A stretch of 64,000 nucleotides of DNA from an uncultured archaeon (lineage in GTDB: Archaea; Asgardarchaeota; Heimdallarchaeia; Heimdallarchaeales; Heimdallarchaeaceae): the NCBI GenBank assembly GCA_964534625.1, contig CAZHRF010000006.1:35298-99297 (forward strand), given 5' to 3'. Below the pieces are notes generated by a model that made no database searches, was not told where the DNA came from, and was given only the letters and a program-made list of their open reading frames with translations. This document shows positions 54,901 to 61,500 of the stretch, piece after piece (the stretch's first letter is position 1; every line of letters begins with the position of its first letter). Both the position numbers and the translations under genes were made by a program.

Positions 54901-55560
54901 CGTTGCTTCAATATACCCTAATTCACTTTGCATATTTCTAGCACTTATATAATATTCGGGATCAAACATCTCACTATCAGCTAGAAAATCTTTATGATGA
55001 TAATCAGGAGTATATAAGGTGATAACCTTAATTTTACAATCATAGGTATTTTCATCTTTATCTATAATTCTAATAGTAATAAATGATGTATCTTTGAAAA
55101 TATAATAATCTATCCTTGCTCCACGTATAGAATGAAAGTTATCTTTTTTATATAGAACTTTTGTGCTATTCGAATCATAAATAACTAACGAATCAATTTT
55201 ATCAGAAGCAGCAGTAGGTGTTTCTATAGTCAATAATAAAGGACTATTTCCACTCCACGTACCTATGAATACCGTTTTTTCTGCAAAATTATCATCGGGA
55301 ATACGTAAATAATTGTACCAAATATCTAGTCCATTACCTGACCAACCCAAAGTAGAATTATTAAAATGCGTATCCTTTACGAAATAATAGCCATTATCGA
55401 ATGTGGTTGGATGTTGTATATAAACCGCCGATACGTCAGCTATTAACATAAAAACAAGTATTAAAATTGTAATTGATACTTTTAACACGTTATTTTTTTC
55501 AAGTTTCTTATTAGTTTGATGTATTAATTGTGTTGTTTTATTTTTTATTTTCTTTATCAT
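36928..55560 (-). CDS. giant 6210 aa secreted/membrane protein: lectin-like ectodomain, hydrophobic helical region, C-terminal PD-(D/E)xK-like domains
   Basis: 18.6 kb uninterrupted ORF; signal-like N-terminus (VSITILILVFMLIADVSA); AGGTGA RBS; TAATG overlap with the upstream gene. Confidence 0.9.
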   Translation of the reverse strand: MIKKIKNKTTQLIHQTNKKLEKNNVLKVSITILILVFMLIADVSAVYIQHPTTFDNGYYFVKDTHFNNSTLGWSGNGLDIWYNYLRIPDDNFAEKTVFIGTWSGNSPLLLTIETPTAASDKIDSLVIYDSNSTKVLYKKDNFHSIRGARIDYYIFKDTSFITIRIIDKDENTYDCKIKVITLYTPDYHHKDFLADSEMFDPEYYISARNMQSELGYIEATELGHNARFFPVNGIESGKRSYHFYMQLPSSTRLSLSYMFLSLVNNEETGYHIGIDLYSADDPYLYHSLVSKYEYLDGVPTFDDVNLDRWAGQYVHIDIRISWFNNTNQVDTGLVMNYLYIDSERDEYRYTPGEIINAEEFSKSIYKTGIATVERVYGNGQDIGIINERVLRLDTNVDGGYVSYLIENTIPIYESPSFGTDLYTDWTYDSNYTYIIDGKLRLNATHTTGFSQSCLTHLTLEDSYKVNFDFSLKEVGETTPSIFSLLFNYDNVSDVGYALQFVYNPDSDDIVRIVKHLGYGSFNTISEKVMEIETDKEYSVELTFDKNGTTVHISNEVHLGAFTSAYEPQLIGFMIENIIADVSSLSILTREPFAANRLHLRAMNTGPKDVTVAFYIDEIEDKGIARQLLAKMVLEKGKGLVRINCPINPNLLRFNSILSFEVLTPFSWDLYFDELGFSGATPFGQSRQAWDYYRKGNKAYINNNMLVYAGDENSGYEDAYDYTDSTNEIFYPHLVENDDNSLHSTGEVWTQEYSSTIVTDIFTSSTIGDSISILNDNGNYLVDIDQNQNLTHSTAILEKLTAIAGDIKLYINLEYISAISAEDDVQIRLCNNANSPFIIVGRKGNRYYLIVDGYEYGVADTESNLGNYELIKTNDTVIFSVDNVIIFNTTIHSPSIYQGISAIQVRIKSTDNFDLKFTDSALYTREGYTTLRHRLFEETFDTDLDNWNLSSNGDDIASTEHGFLTTLFEPVTDSNMLDFVSETGTGYHGIYLTHNQAYADCLVINTELHLMSTWNLNDDTHTIDNTAIGIQKISFGTNEQTLSLILHDLSETDHTVTLDIIIDGINIHTKTFSTWYIEQDTHLFFTIKKDSSKWDIIYTDNQNTESISYTSTENFEINTISISQETYLDHSYANFYVDNIYVDEYYWAGSAYSTSESSLEYKLQENIYESYLESNWIAMFDGCSSSDIGFINDREGLLIEPLTTLSSTATVSLTRSVTTDYDFTLDLLLSIKGVERTGDFYLSLNNMYNYLHIQFDGQNMYIEMVTDVGTDSIVIDKSSLLFNTLRIVKEGTTIIIYTDINIQNQLSPLLQTETSTYTISSIELVTLLQPTTPIEVNLKHIAVKDSSANEYGNPWDEGHLIINEHFSEISNWDISGYNYYNLNYNLVNTTQLSTNFTREYKENEWYGNIYSHLYMFQRDFVFDLLIDYLLDGTYGKMSFVLEDHLQYPNFMELCFSSTTPTSIDMGLYIQGVLHEEITFYENIDAYVFRIHRDKDTIHVSTNYGDQEQLSTLFSFTSDIEHIYIDRIKIKQLSLGKNENTHSMRVDAMYINAYSTPISNPAPFEIINSFVAPDYSTMFNTIEDFTTYTYGLTHTNDVPYDISDGLQTQFLFGDYSNKERGRTYWKEMVLIDNFLLNALINTTVNYNSQGSTYIEFLDNCYDTVFKLEFTTKNNTFIINLYAYDVLVSSYVDDTTNEIEQWVRFGRYDNELKLGLYRGDYYVPLQSSLSADGTITKSMVSNIFAVKITQTGIYTQDIYPNTFRLKEITLGSEATYDETTLVERESPEEENFIASYDMYLQNETRFSITATTNYYIGDNTTERLTFNIYLLEIDSIFDMNNAIYVGSIIFLDTDFDVHTHSLVIIGYEGLYEVVIMIDRRVPVQLHTLRATDIGSSSEAEQDYEYMSDGIGWADTFDNYSSTNYWAENVFTTEKMFTITSFSSSTFNYYPYTEGFDVNFNFNILRVSYNDSIGSPGIIVINHQPINVANYPFLALEIMTDELCKDSRIQLIINEELYDITPFTDRKKGFVTIHKNLYEILYPNIDQAIGQLAIQVNSSVSFTIRNIEVYKILNYEYNHIEEANEDSYADVGYSTNNNLVITFLIGHGISTERMTTEWDIYTYFKSTFKDVSINYFYANDEAFPTWYENTIENSDKRHMLVIFDQIPDYLVEYYYWYDNYGRPFEKIKLEEWYDKGHYLLWAGSQPFKYKVESGGSTITTIPTEIVNKYFGRVIDTNYIPNDINLNISSRGNDVGLQQYNPEWMVNASDLYGFGGLSTYYNATGVIYNKTEHGDLIDTEPLWFDYAWYGDYIGAKYGFLQALDTELLLRVFYYYFVDHLSVNNVFGNLLLNGPISLQKTFTSSKNYQIIQTHTSEYITVGINNQHTFNFTLLEQFSLVEHGINTVNSYSLDIYNDTLVSLYSIKLININGYSQKEHYVFDEPHSPDFNHNFVVTHGKFNEKNEYDMLAPAFYNGTNSAAYLDSNSFGEYVLEVEMSHKQYHYQENGRELAGIVIDIPSIDSENGIVESLFIGFKTVEDMNASYPTSLFVAKFTGSFDTYTVLYENKFINLGNSITHKLGDLEWEAQNYNIQPMKLYIKKSITDTNLVKYDIFAKAYRVFQLSAFTDEQERQVISDGEYRCKTEWFADTTSITLDSNHNGYVGIYGNHSNYYYNSLSIYPITSGYAGDYLNINDGIGSLSVGGTWINGEVSTNWQKMEDVNYLITLSNILQNVGLQAGLYLDENLNYNWEDDPDDWDHYIEIGLVNEHGHEVSIIWENDGFKLYGGLTDYMILTHERAKSDQLYKVGMRIDDSTGDVTFTIYGANDINTTLASHTFKGGLLEPGFRSWNEQVKLFVRTTNTMAYIDEVRNGKFVAQPLTYSSGRGLVGAGEISYWLKGQSEYSLELRNNSMSNVYLMGNYTEKLGVFTTTFALNGSTTMNILSSYFDDILFNISIIDNALYVNATNLNYILSSNKGYKLTYYFNSTFVNLTLNDITRFEELKSWEFNDYHPNIFVGYEYTININTTKGSVYFNNIAINTLNSLFTKKDKDTWVFTSNPLFSNYLYRKTSYLQLVMNPIFGTTNITVLGNGKEIAHKVVKYEPFATNHPVIIMLQGFNTHGLHRYTLIFSNVIEFDRIALGYSQPVVKYLYTQPTNASAKMSDSKYNIAIQDFNGNFVLEDFTIEQATSNIEFAYRLPVGQYIEIALPLKATFYDDYLIDSKEMYLKIILGDSYLDSIGVNSQDMVTTGFETYNEIKYYDRIKDDSAWHYYALNYAGLLKYINDAEMGQTDTSNIFNYTDPEDALVNLYTLASVGNFNDGINDYKFTITSGSSLTDIKDINFYIDVPSINPSENLPSILMGSESIWTRLPGNDLGTIHLNDQLDLSFEDTFSFNLAFNVKTYVESIGSLVIETNIPFMTSTPIVHRFDYECATEYEVYSTNIPIRLVGGYHSFIFRLHNNGLNSSISQIHQPYFKIQIVLDHSFDLPLNALPTHLDENNHTVISEWLVSNPGTYIDKTGEYFRPEEVNNTLDYIPIYNNNSMSYFLTELLEKSTPINGDIITNNITDGHMELRTSTLTEFGKIGLLGTYKRDHYGNNTQLFVSTTLYHGTDMVNDLEYTLHSNIDLSHILAIYVDGFLIRQPTDHNCTTFNNELLLSDENGKFKFDMKQYILNDTYKGDKVTKWHNSGFHTFAFILDGVNNYTQNFTVSIEGMNEFIQPITGPTDYHIDILEKWEERRIYLNLDEYRGGVNVPRMETVDVARRSYSSKKYLMSYYYFDGTAFHTVKVVWIGIADWDPTDMIGYAVIAYIYDQFTAHEYHDLQIQKIEVQQLVPCSTTNTNKLSASNLRLHNTHSATLDTQSYLHVSSSVVNNNLDINNVLQVKGNNFDLQLTDVGSSLTLYNVIDIEYWNVLGEHYHTGHIEHIDITREELEKFNATQFKIYLNDKTISINLLFDQVTVLGDYNIKYTLDSLQVEINNKKDGIYTLSTSNLLKTFTYNQIRGDTRTLDISTRMSARATLEEYVMNYDWEGAFIQAAKSMWQSFVSDIKYNVWCPIKQFYNVVQSGQLYDTWKANWKDHMLAYTIVVSIVVFTGALIFIGLTGGLAIPMFAMGLLKMAFKVAGILLIGMIILDCLGLPNFIGATIEGSFKTIQYEIELFFSDPGKYITNVWNNVLHKAKVIFAKVERFFTSAFERIKESAIGFYQDFMSLVRAVIGFLKGDYEWNEVMHLFQEFSNNIGFGYGRFNTKITYYLSRLFFMLYWINIIGGCSGTVNINEVPHVQSNTNQLLHLNFLDHQIESKVGPQGSVGNENNFMRFLWGLVRTEKQLDYVQDELWNNDLKVKYIAEKLRQVGFKVAISETIGANVSTVYVPSSKKEGVGHPDDRPNPSEFNQLADIVIYRVFNGPDEDDGWHWEFYYGFSDNMVLPLLNIGLGIRESRFMSIMESFMARFDTYALYQDVRDALFDPDTFFRHLAISQIPMDLIAIVSNMNDPSHDAGDMVQRQLDNEGYYDHLRKYLKEQVDKDTIKDPDRSSFMDELFNKQIEAELAQIDFHKQAFKFNQHRLGFEMSFGTYFAFSANLVNAFIQWGIFWPQTVYTTTLGTVVGLRHHLVSMGLQLFLMTSGISGRKAALLMQKTYGNGFYQYAQSFASNFWIQQMFEDMYDWGPAGSILGNLGYYGVSEGEVTSSSSSLSLSLNGNDNIGLKLETLGNDFGDEFDEVWKDQDHYGPRHDALMAKINKQSWAKAYNQFNEPYKGLMITEEEFRALVEENPKIKDYEIQAIKKTFGNGEENSGYKDPYNTRWLIDQNYMKLQGWCEALLQNIDNKGKVPAISTIHWIEKSESTNQIRIAIGHNNDGTQKFTNVKVEDDSLFKKVISELYTHQLIEYLLVKIQWSVNWEETKQASKIVNKVFNIVEDIENNKWLDEETVKEFKAFLTDEGVKLENKKNNYWEVLRDIANENGGNFQTKDDVIKDLVRNWSLKLLQTKHLKKILGNDYAEIKQKVLSFIKAMEIINNPTLKKKYLERMEIQIKDQFKTRGYIVLTTSEWLKLEIDPTTGELVDVKLAYDMEKNYAWKDDNFQSDLHLAISSLFKSDIKESVTGADAVVIGEKIREIKNDDGTIRYETEEVAIEVEMKNYAKSLYKPKEKDGNIIYIDSNTDDEVTKKVLKDLGIIKEYTGDSIDQHQNGYVPTYETPGGGVINVRNVIETFQKQWNIFPPEGETFTAETFKDALEAHTLELKSRCININLLTLFRKKMMVSNIKAMFQGEVALKTDSDGLVTLKDKTGTDLFLSITDRTKSLAGVYLKADDSSIKYTAYTEIFDGVKLPNNGEPITVTEVDGSKIYLSQYSTGDNVFNVRINGEDYKLSPAIFYHKDNKYYYVFKADGTIIQADTYKNLGGAINNEFTKSEYTSINDFRNNGLAIYAMAKGDTLPTSMDLFLSYRLQQILLQGENVKVTNGYEHTYPLDILNTAKLETTDENYAYGVGYVNAYLLTETDTRSGRDIKIEKTDHNKYAWKYDRYRRLMNGKIHINEWASIDRDSHEYRALMGGIDTVHMDCGLKRYYPELEGKGIDTEAKKLFDIDTYGKDSSGKKLSSLEDIVISESPLNSRLLVEAQHTGKILIEQLARYVYGKDKKGGDQDGTRYGNIIGLRASYDAKDKFFIEVECPNQKWTIDTTKIWVTELSQVIATAEEGVRNIKKGKNGWSNKLVIAGDKVGDTTFKLDLTYPDDLQKVKTYHEKVKKGKTDFEIWYKESPENKQIADAIHQAIVRSNGEENALGVTYLKKVDMGIDVNGREIDGKSKYNPYLPITTSTRNDQIYLAVTKNGFTLLKRVVGGSDTLAGENKNSYATTNLNNEIETNFVERYCGSTQGKSREDIIREYNDLVAVPKNILEHEPALYEILIKYEMGKDPDNLLNYHQAKKKVDGLTWEQIIENMETMTEQNKGRFDLSLLQKRDHGGTITTNIEATIQKIVVTSFLMGVYEKYTDYGRYIPVAEDNERFQIYKQPAYSWVLRTDKKVEADLKYKEYRQVFDDVNLWVKKQIDEKKLKGTGVLEASHIDEYITDHPSLDDDQKEILRGIQDCLEDSLFLPEYMRYTRREEENPLSIRQQVGIYLYGYIKASIALEQAANLDDKALLQFQSSYHICMMWQSVMEIGSSHGRFNIGNNAQRLRNLVNDLAKRNKKNKSAWDIYPLELERAWQYINFEAWYRTRRDS
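41495..41524. repeat. hexamer tandem repeat (RAAGAY)x5 encoding a Ser/Leu linker
   Basis: aaagat aaagat aaagac gaagat gaagat, encoding part of TSSSSSLSLSL on the minus strand. Confidence 0.7.
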
Positions 55561-58500
55561 TAGCTATCACCTTTTTTAAAATTAGACAAATTTTTTTTCA
55601 TAAATTTTAGTAGGTTTTTTTTATTTTTTAAGATTAAAATAGAAGTTGCAATGACCGATATAGTACTTGTACTACTTATTAATACTATAGGTAAAGCATT
55701 TATCCACTTATCATGGAGATCTGTTATACCATCATTTTTATCACTCTCTGCTGGTAATTCCAAAAGATACTCTTTAGTCTGATTGTAAACACTTTCTACT
55801 GTATTTGACCATGCTTCAACACGCAATATGATTTTTTGAGTGGTATTAATTACGTAGATAATCTCATTTGGATAATAGTAATAATCTTGTTGCCAAATAT
55901 CGTCAAGTTCAAATTTATACTTTACCTTAACCAAATACGTATTCAACGAACATATAGAAACCCTATGTACTTTCTCACTGCTAATATCTATGGTATTTGA
56001 CATTTTTTCTTTATATTGGGGTTCAAAAGAACCTAAACTTATATTATACAAAGATTCTATGTCTATAGTATTACCTCTTAGATCTCGATAGTATAAGTTG
56101 ATATCATAAATAGTATCGATTAAAGAATCAAAAACTATAGTAGATATATGAATATCATTTCCGATATATTGAAGAGCATAAATATGAGTAAAATTCTCGC
56201 TTTTCAGTTCTAATTTATAATGTCCAGGGGCATTTCTAAGCTGGTCAGTACTTACTGTATATTCAAGATTATTATAACTGTTTTTTAAACGGTTAAAATC
56301 AAATATATTTATTACCCGTTCACTTGCTGTAAGAATATCTGTTTTTTGTTCATCGTTCACTTCTTTTTTTGAACCTAGAAAAGTTGGAGAAAAACCAGGA
56401 TCCAAGAGATAGTTACTACTCGTAACTGATTCCGATTGCCAACTACCATACTTCCACCTATATTCTGGATCTCTTGCTCTAAATCTGTAATAAAATGTAC
56501 CAGTATTAGGAAACATTATAGTTGCCCGATAATATCCCCAAGTGTCTTTATCTCTACTACCCGAATACAAACTAAGGGAGGGGGAAGTATTAGGAGAACT
56601 AGATGTACCTCCTGTCCCTGCTCCATAATACTGGAAGTTAACTTCTGTTGTATGCCACCCTTTATCCTTTATTTTGGCTTCAAACGTACCAGAATCGTCT
56701 TTATACAACATAGCAGTGAGACATGCTTGATAATCAATAACAGGTGCCGCACCGTTTGGTTCTGTCCAAGTTAATGTTTTTATACTAGAATACCAATACC
56801 CACTATAACTGTTTTGTGGATCTATTCTAATTCGATATTCAAGATTCGTATCAGGTGATTTAGACCATGAATAACTAAGCGTAAATTTAAACCTCCACTT
56901 TGTATATGAACCATCATCATAATTTTTTCCATCAGCAGCATTTTTTACTATCCAACTATCCCCACTATTCCACCTATAAAGAAGTTTAACGTTTACGTCT
57001 TTGTCATAAGTGTTCCAATATCCGTTTGGAGGTGAATATTGACGATAATAAAAATATATATCTTCATTCAATCCAACATATTCTGTGCGATCAACTAACC
57101 CACTGTAAACACTAGGTGCTTTGTCATCACGATATCTTAAACAATCACTATAACAATTTTGAGAATAATAAGTTGATTGACTAGAATATTTCCAAAATAC
57201 GTTAATATCTAGGTTTCCTTGATATCCTCCTTGCCGTATGTCCATGCCTGAATTAGGGTATTGACCAGCCGCACGGTGTTCATTAAATATCCAAAACTCA
57301 AATATTGCATCATTTGAACCATCATCTGCCAAGTAAGTATAAGAAATAGCAGAAAAAGTTTTGTATTTATAATATGAAGAACTTAATCCATCAGGTTTAA
57401 AAGTTATTTTTATATAACATCTTAAATCCTCAGGAGGAGTATCTAGGTCTCTTATTCTTACCGATATCTTTGTATAACCAAAATGATTCCATACTGACAG
57501 ATAAGAATTCAACAAATTTGTAGTACTGGAATGACTAGATTTAACACTTATTATTTCAGGTGCATAAACATCTGCAAAAGTAATTTCGGTTATATATATA
57601 CTTTCTTCATTATTCTTTTCATCTTTACCTTCTAAATGTACTTTTATTGTATCACCAGCATATATAGAATTTGTGAAATAATCTTGAAATACAAAATCTA
57701 TATCAATAATCAACCGAGAATAATCATTTTCATCATTTGTATCATAAGGACATGTAAAATCATGACTTAAAAGGTTAATATATGCTGTTTCTTCATCGCC
57801 ATTTAAAACCATTTTAAGTTGAAAAAGACTAATAGTAGAAGCTTCAAGTATAATTGCATAGTCTAAACGGTATGTCTCTAGAGGACTATGACTACCCCCA
57901 TCACGTAAATCTAAACGATCAGCAACTAATACAGCATTAACATCATCATCAAAGGAGGCAGTATAAATTTGTTGTGTTGTTGTTTCTGTCGCAACATTTT
58001 TACTTTCACATACATATTTAAACTGAACATTAAATGAAAAATCTTTGTAAACTTTACCCGTATGGTCAGATATGCTATCATAAACACTAAATTTGATATC
58101 TATTTTTATTTCATTGTAAGTAATAACATTATTTATAGCTAATACATAATTTATATCGGGATCATTATCAGTAATAGTAACCAGTAAATAATTACTATCA
58201 CCATCTCCTACTGATGAAAGTACTTGAAAATCGTTTCCGTCAAAATCCGCTACATCAGTAGAGAAAGTAAAGGTAAACTGGGCATAATTGATGTTATTTA
58301 AATAAGTATTCCCTTCATCACTATTATCCCCCTCAAAAGTACACGTTAAGTCTTCGGTTATATCAAGAGACGATACAGCATCAGATCTAAAAGGATCAAA
58401 ATCTATTCCTACTTGTGGTTGATCAGTTGAACTAATTAAACGGTTTAAAATCATATGGTCCCCATTACTGTCTAATCCATAATATACATTATATGTATTA

Positions 58501-61500
58501 TCTGTAATAACTATATAAAAAAGACTATAATCAGAAGATAAAGAACTTGTTTCGATATTTATATAGAAAGTCCCAAATCCATCCACATCTACTTCTTGGT
58601 CTGTATCGTAAGACATAGTTATATCGCCCCAAGAGTTTCCAGTATGGTAAAATAACTGCACACTTAAACTATCAGGAGTATACGGCTCATCTTTGGCTTT
58701 TACTTCGACTCTTATTGTTTCTGTTATATCATTTCTCCATATATATGTACTATCAATTGGAGAAAGGGTAGTATCAACTACAGCATACGAATTATCAGTA
58801 ATAGAAACACTTACTTCGTTCCCATGATACATCATAAAATTAACAGTGTCTGCAGGTTCAGGTTTGTTACTAACATATCCCCCATCAAAACCTCCATACT
58901 CCACGGTTAATTCGACTGTTCCTGGTCCAAAATCCTCTGCTAATTGAGATTTGGATATACCCACAATACCAGTAACTTTTAGATAATACGTTCCTTCATT
59001 TGTTATTTTTGAATAAGAACCAATTATAACCCATGCGTCATTATAATATTTTTCTATTGTCTCTCTTGAAGCTTTAATTTTAAAGCAAGCATAATAATAA
59101 TCACTTTCATATGAGGTTTGATAATCTTGATTGTATGCACCAAAATCAAATTCTGCAGTGTATAATGTTTTCCAGTCTATTTTGATATATAAATCGTCTG
59201 TCTCTGTATCATCAAATTCACTATTATTAGGATCATCTAAAGCGATATCATTTATAATTACAGGTGAAGAACTAGAACTATCATACGTAACCGCCAACTC
59301 TTCATTTATAAAAGAAGAATCACTGGTTAATGTAGAATAAAAATTACCTGAATCCCATATATATCGAAATTCAATAAACAATTTAACTTTTCCTGCATAT
59401 AATATAGCTGAACTAGCTGTATAAGAAAACAGTTGATAATACCCATCCCCATCTGGGTTAAATTCACCATTATAAAACTCTTGTTTTCCGCCTATGTCAT
59501 CGGAAGTTCCCGCATCAAAATTGAAGAAATACGTATAATACGCTATAATTTCAATAGGATATTCTATATTATGTAAAGTTAATGTGAAACTAGGCGTAAT
59601 ACCCGAACTAATAAAACTATCTGGTGTTCCTTCTGTTGCAATATTGCCACTTATATCTTCATAATTTTTTGGGAGACTTAAAGAAAACGTTTGAGAGACA
59701 ACTAAAGTTCCTGTCCCTGTCCCATTATAATGTAAAAGTATAGTTAAGGAATCTTCCGTATAACTTAAACTATTAACAATATCCCCCCAAATTATAATAC
59801 ATTCCAATTTGTATTTCCACGGTTCATCAATAATTTCTATAAATGAAAATACAAGATCAGTATTACTACTATATGTTTGTAATAAAGTATTTTGCCCCTC
59901 AAATATCTTTAAAGTCCATATCCCGTTAAGAATTTGTGAAGGTGAAGCGTCAATTAATCCAACAGTATAGGTGTTATTAGTCCCACCAGTAAAAACAGTA
60001 TCTTGTGTTTCCACAATTAGAGGGGTATTATAGTTATCGGGATTATAGTAATCTTCCAAAACTGTTGTTGTAAGAGCCGTATCAACTAAAATTCCATTAA
60101 AATACCTATCCCTTATTGATATATACAAGACAAAACTTACTTTACCATCTTTATCACTATCTGCATTATAAAAATCTTCTTCTGATATAATCTCACTTAA
60201 ATCTAGTTTAAAGGTAACTGTACTATCATTATTAGTACTATCTTCGATTTTATAAGGAGAAGAAGATTGATACCAGTTACCGTTATCTTTATACCATAAA
60301 GCAGTCGTACCCATTAAATCTACTATATCTCCATTTCCCAGTTTATACTGGAAATAATATCCTGCATGACGATCTAATACCGTTTCATCTTCACAACTTA
60401 CTGTAAATTCAATAAATTCTTTATATCCATATATACTAGATATAGGATCCATATTATAAGAAGGAGCATACACATCATCAACATTAATAGACAATACTTC
60501 GTTATTCCAAGATGTTAGTGATAATTCATTCCCAGATGTATCAGCAATATTAATTTTATAATTAACTTTACATTCTCCATTATTATTTTCTGCACTACTT
60601 TTTACAGATTCCCATCTATACATCTCATTTATTTTGTCTTTAGATACAACATAAGTTATAGTATACGTATCTCCAGATACTTCAATAGAATCTACCTTAC
60701 CTAATGCATACCATGTTCCACCGTCATTAAAGAATAATGTTACACCATTGGTATCAATAGTTGTTTCATATTCAGAAGCTGTTATAACCACACTAAACCC
60801 GTTTATTTCGGGTGTATCGGTATTGTATTCATCTAGTTGTGTGACTGTAGGTGCAGTAGAATCACCAATGGTAAAACTATACGGGGATTGACTAGTTCCT
60901 TCATAAGTTTCCAAACCATTGTGTTTGACATAAAAATAATATACATATCCCCCAGCCTCCCATTGGTTGGTATTTATTAACACGTTGTAAGCTACTTTTT
61001 CACTATTGTTAATCTCATAATATTCTTTGAAACCCATGTTTGTTACTGACCAAGTACTACCATCATTTTTCTTATAATATAATTTAACAATATCCATATT
61101 ATCATTGTTTTTCACATCGTTTTCAGTGATATGAAGTACAAAGTCTATACTATCTCCAGAATTGTATTCACTTCCCGTTCCTGGTGAATAATAATTTATA
61201 CTAGGTGCGGTATTATCATTAACTATCCATGAAGGTAAATTTGTTGTAATTTCAATAGAGTTGGGTGTGCAGGCAGTATCTTCTATAATAAGTTTAGTGA
61301 TTGTAATACCGTCATAGGGCACATAATCTATTTCACTAATTATTAAAATGCCCTTTGTGTTATCAGAAACAACAGTAAATTGTGTTATTATGACCACATA
61401 TTCAATATTTTCTATATCATAATAAACGGTAATTTTACTTATTCCATTGTTATCATAAGCAATTATTTCAATAGATAGATCTGTTTTATCATATGCAGTA

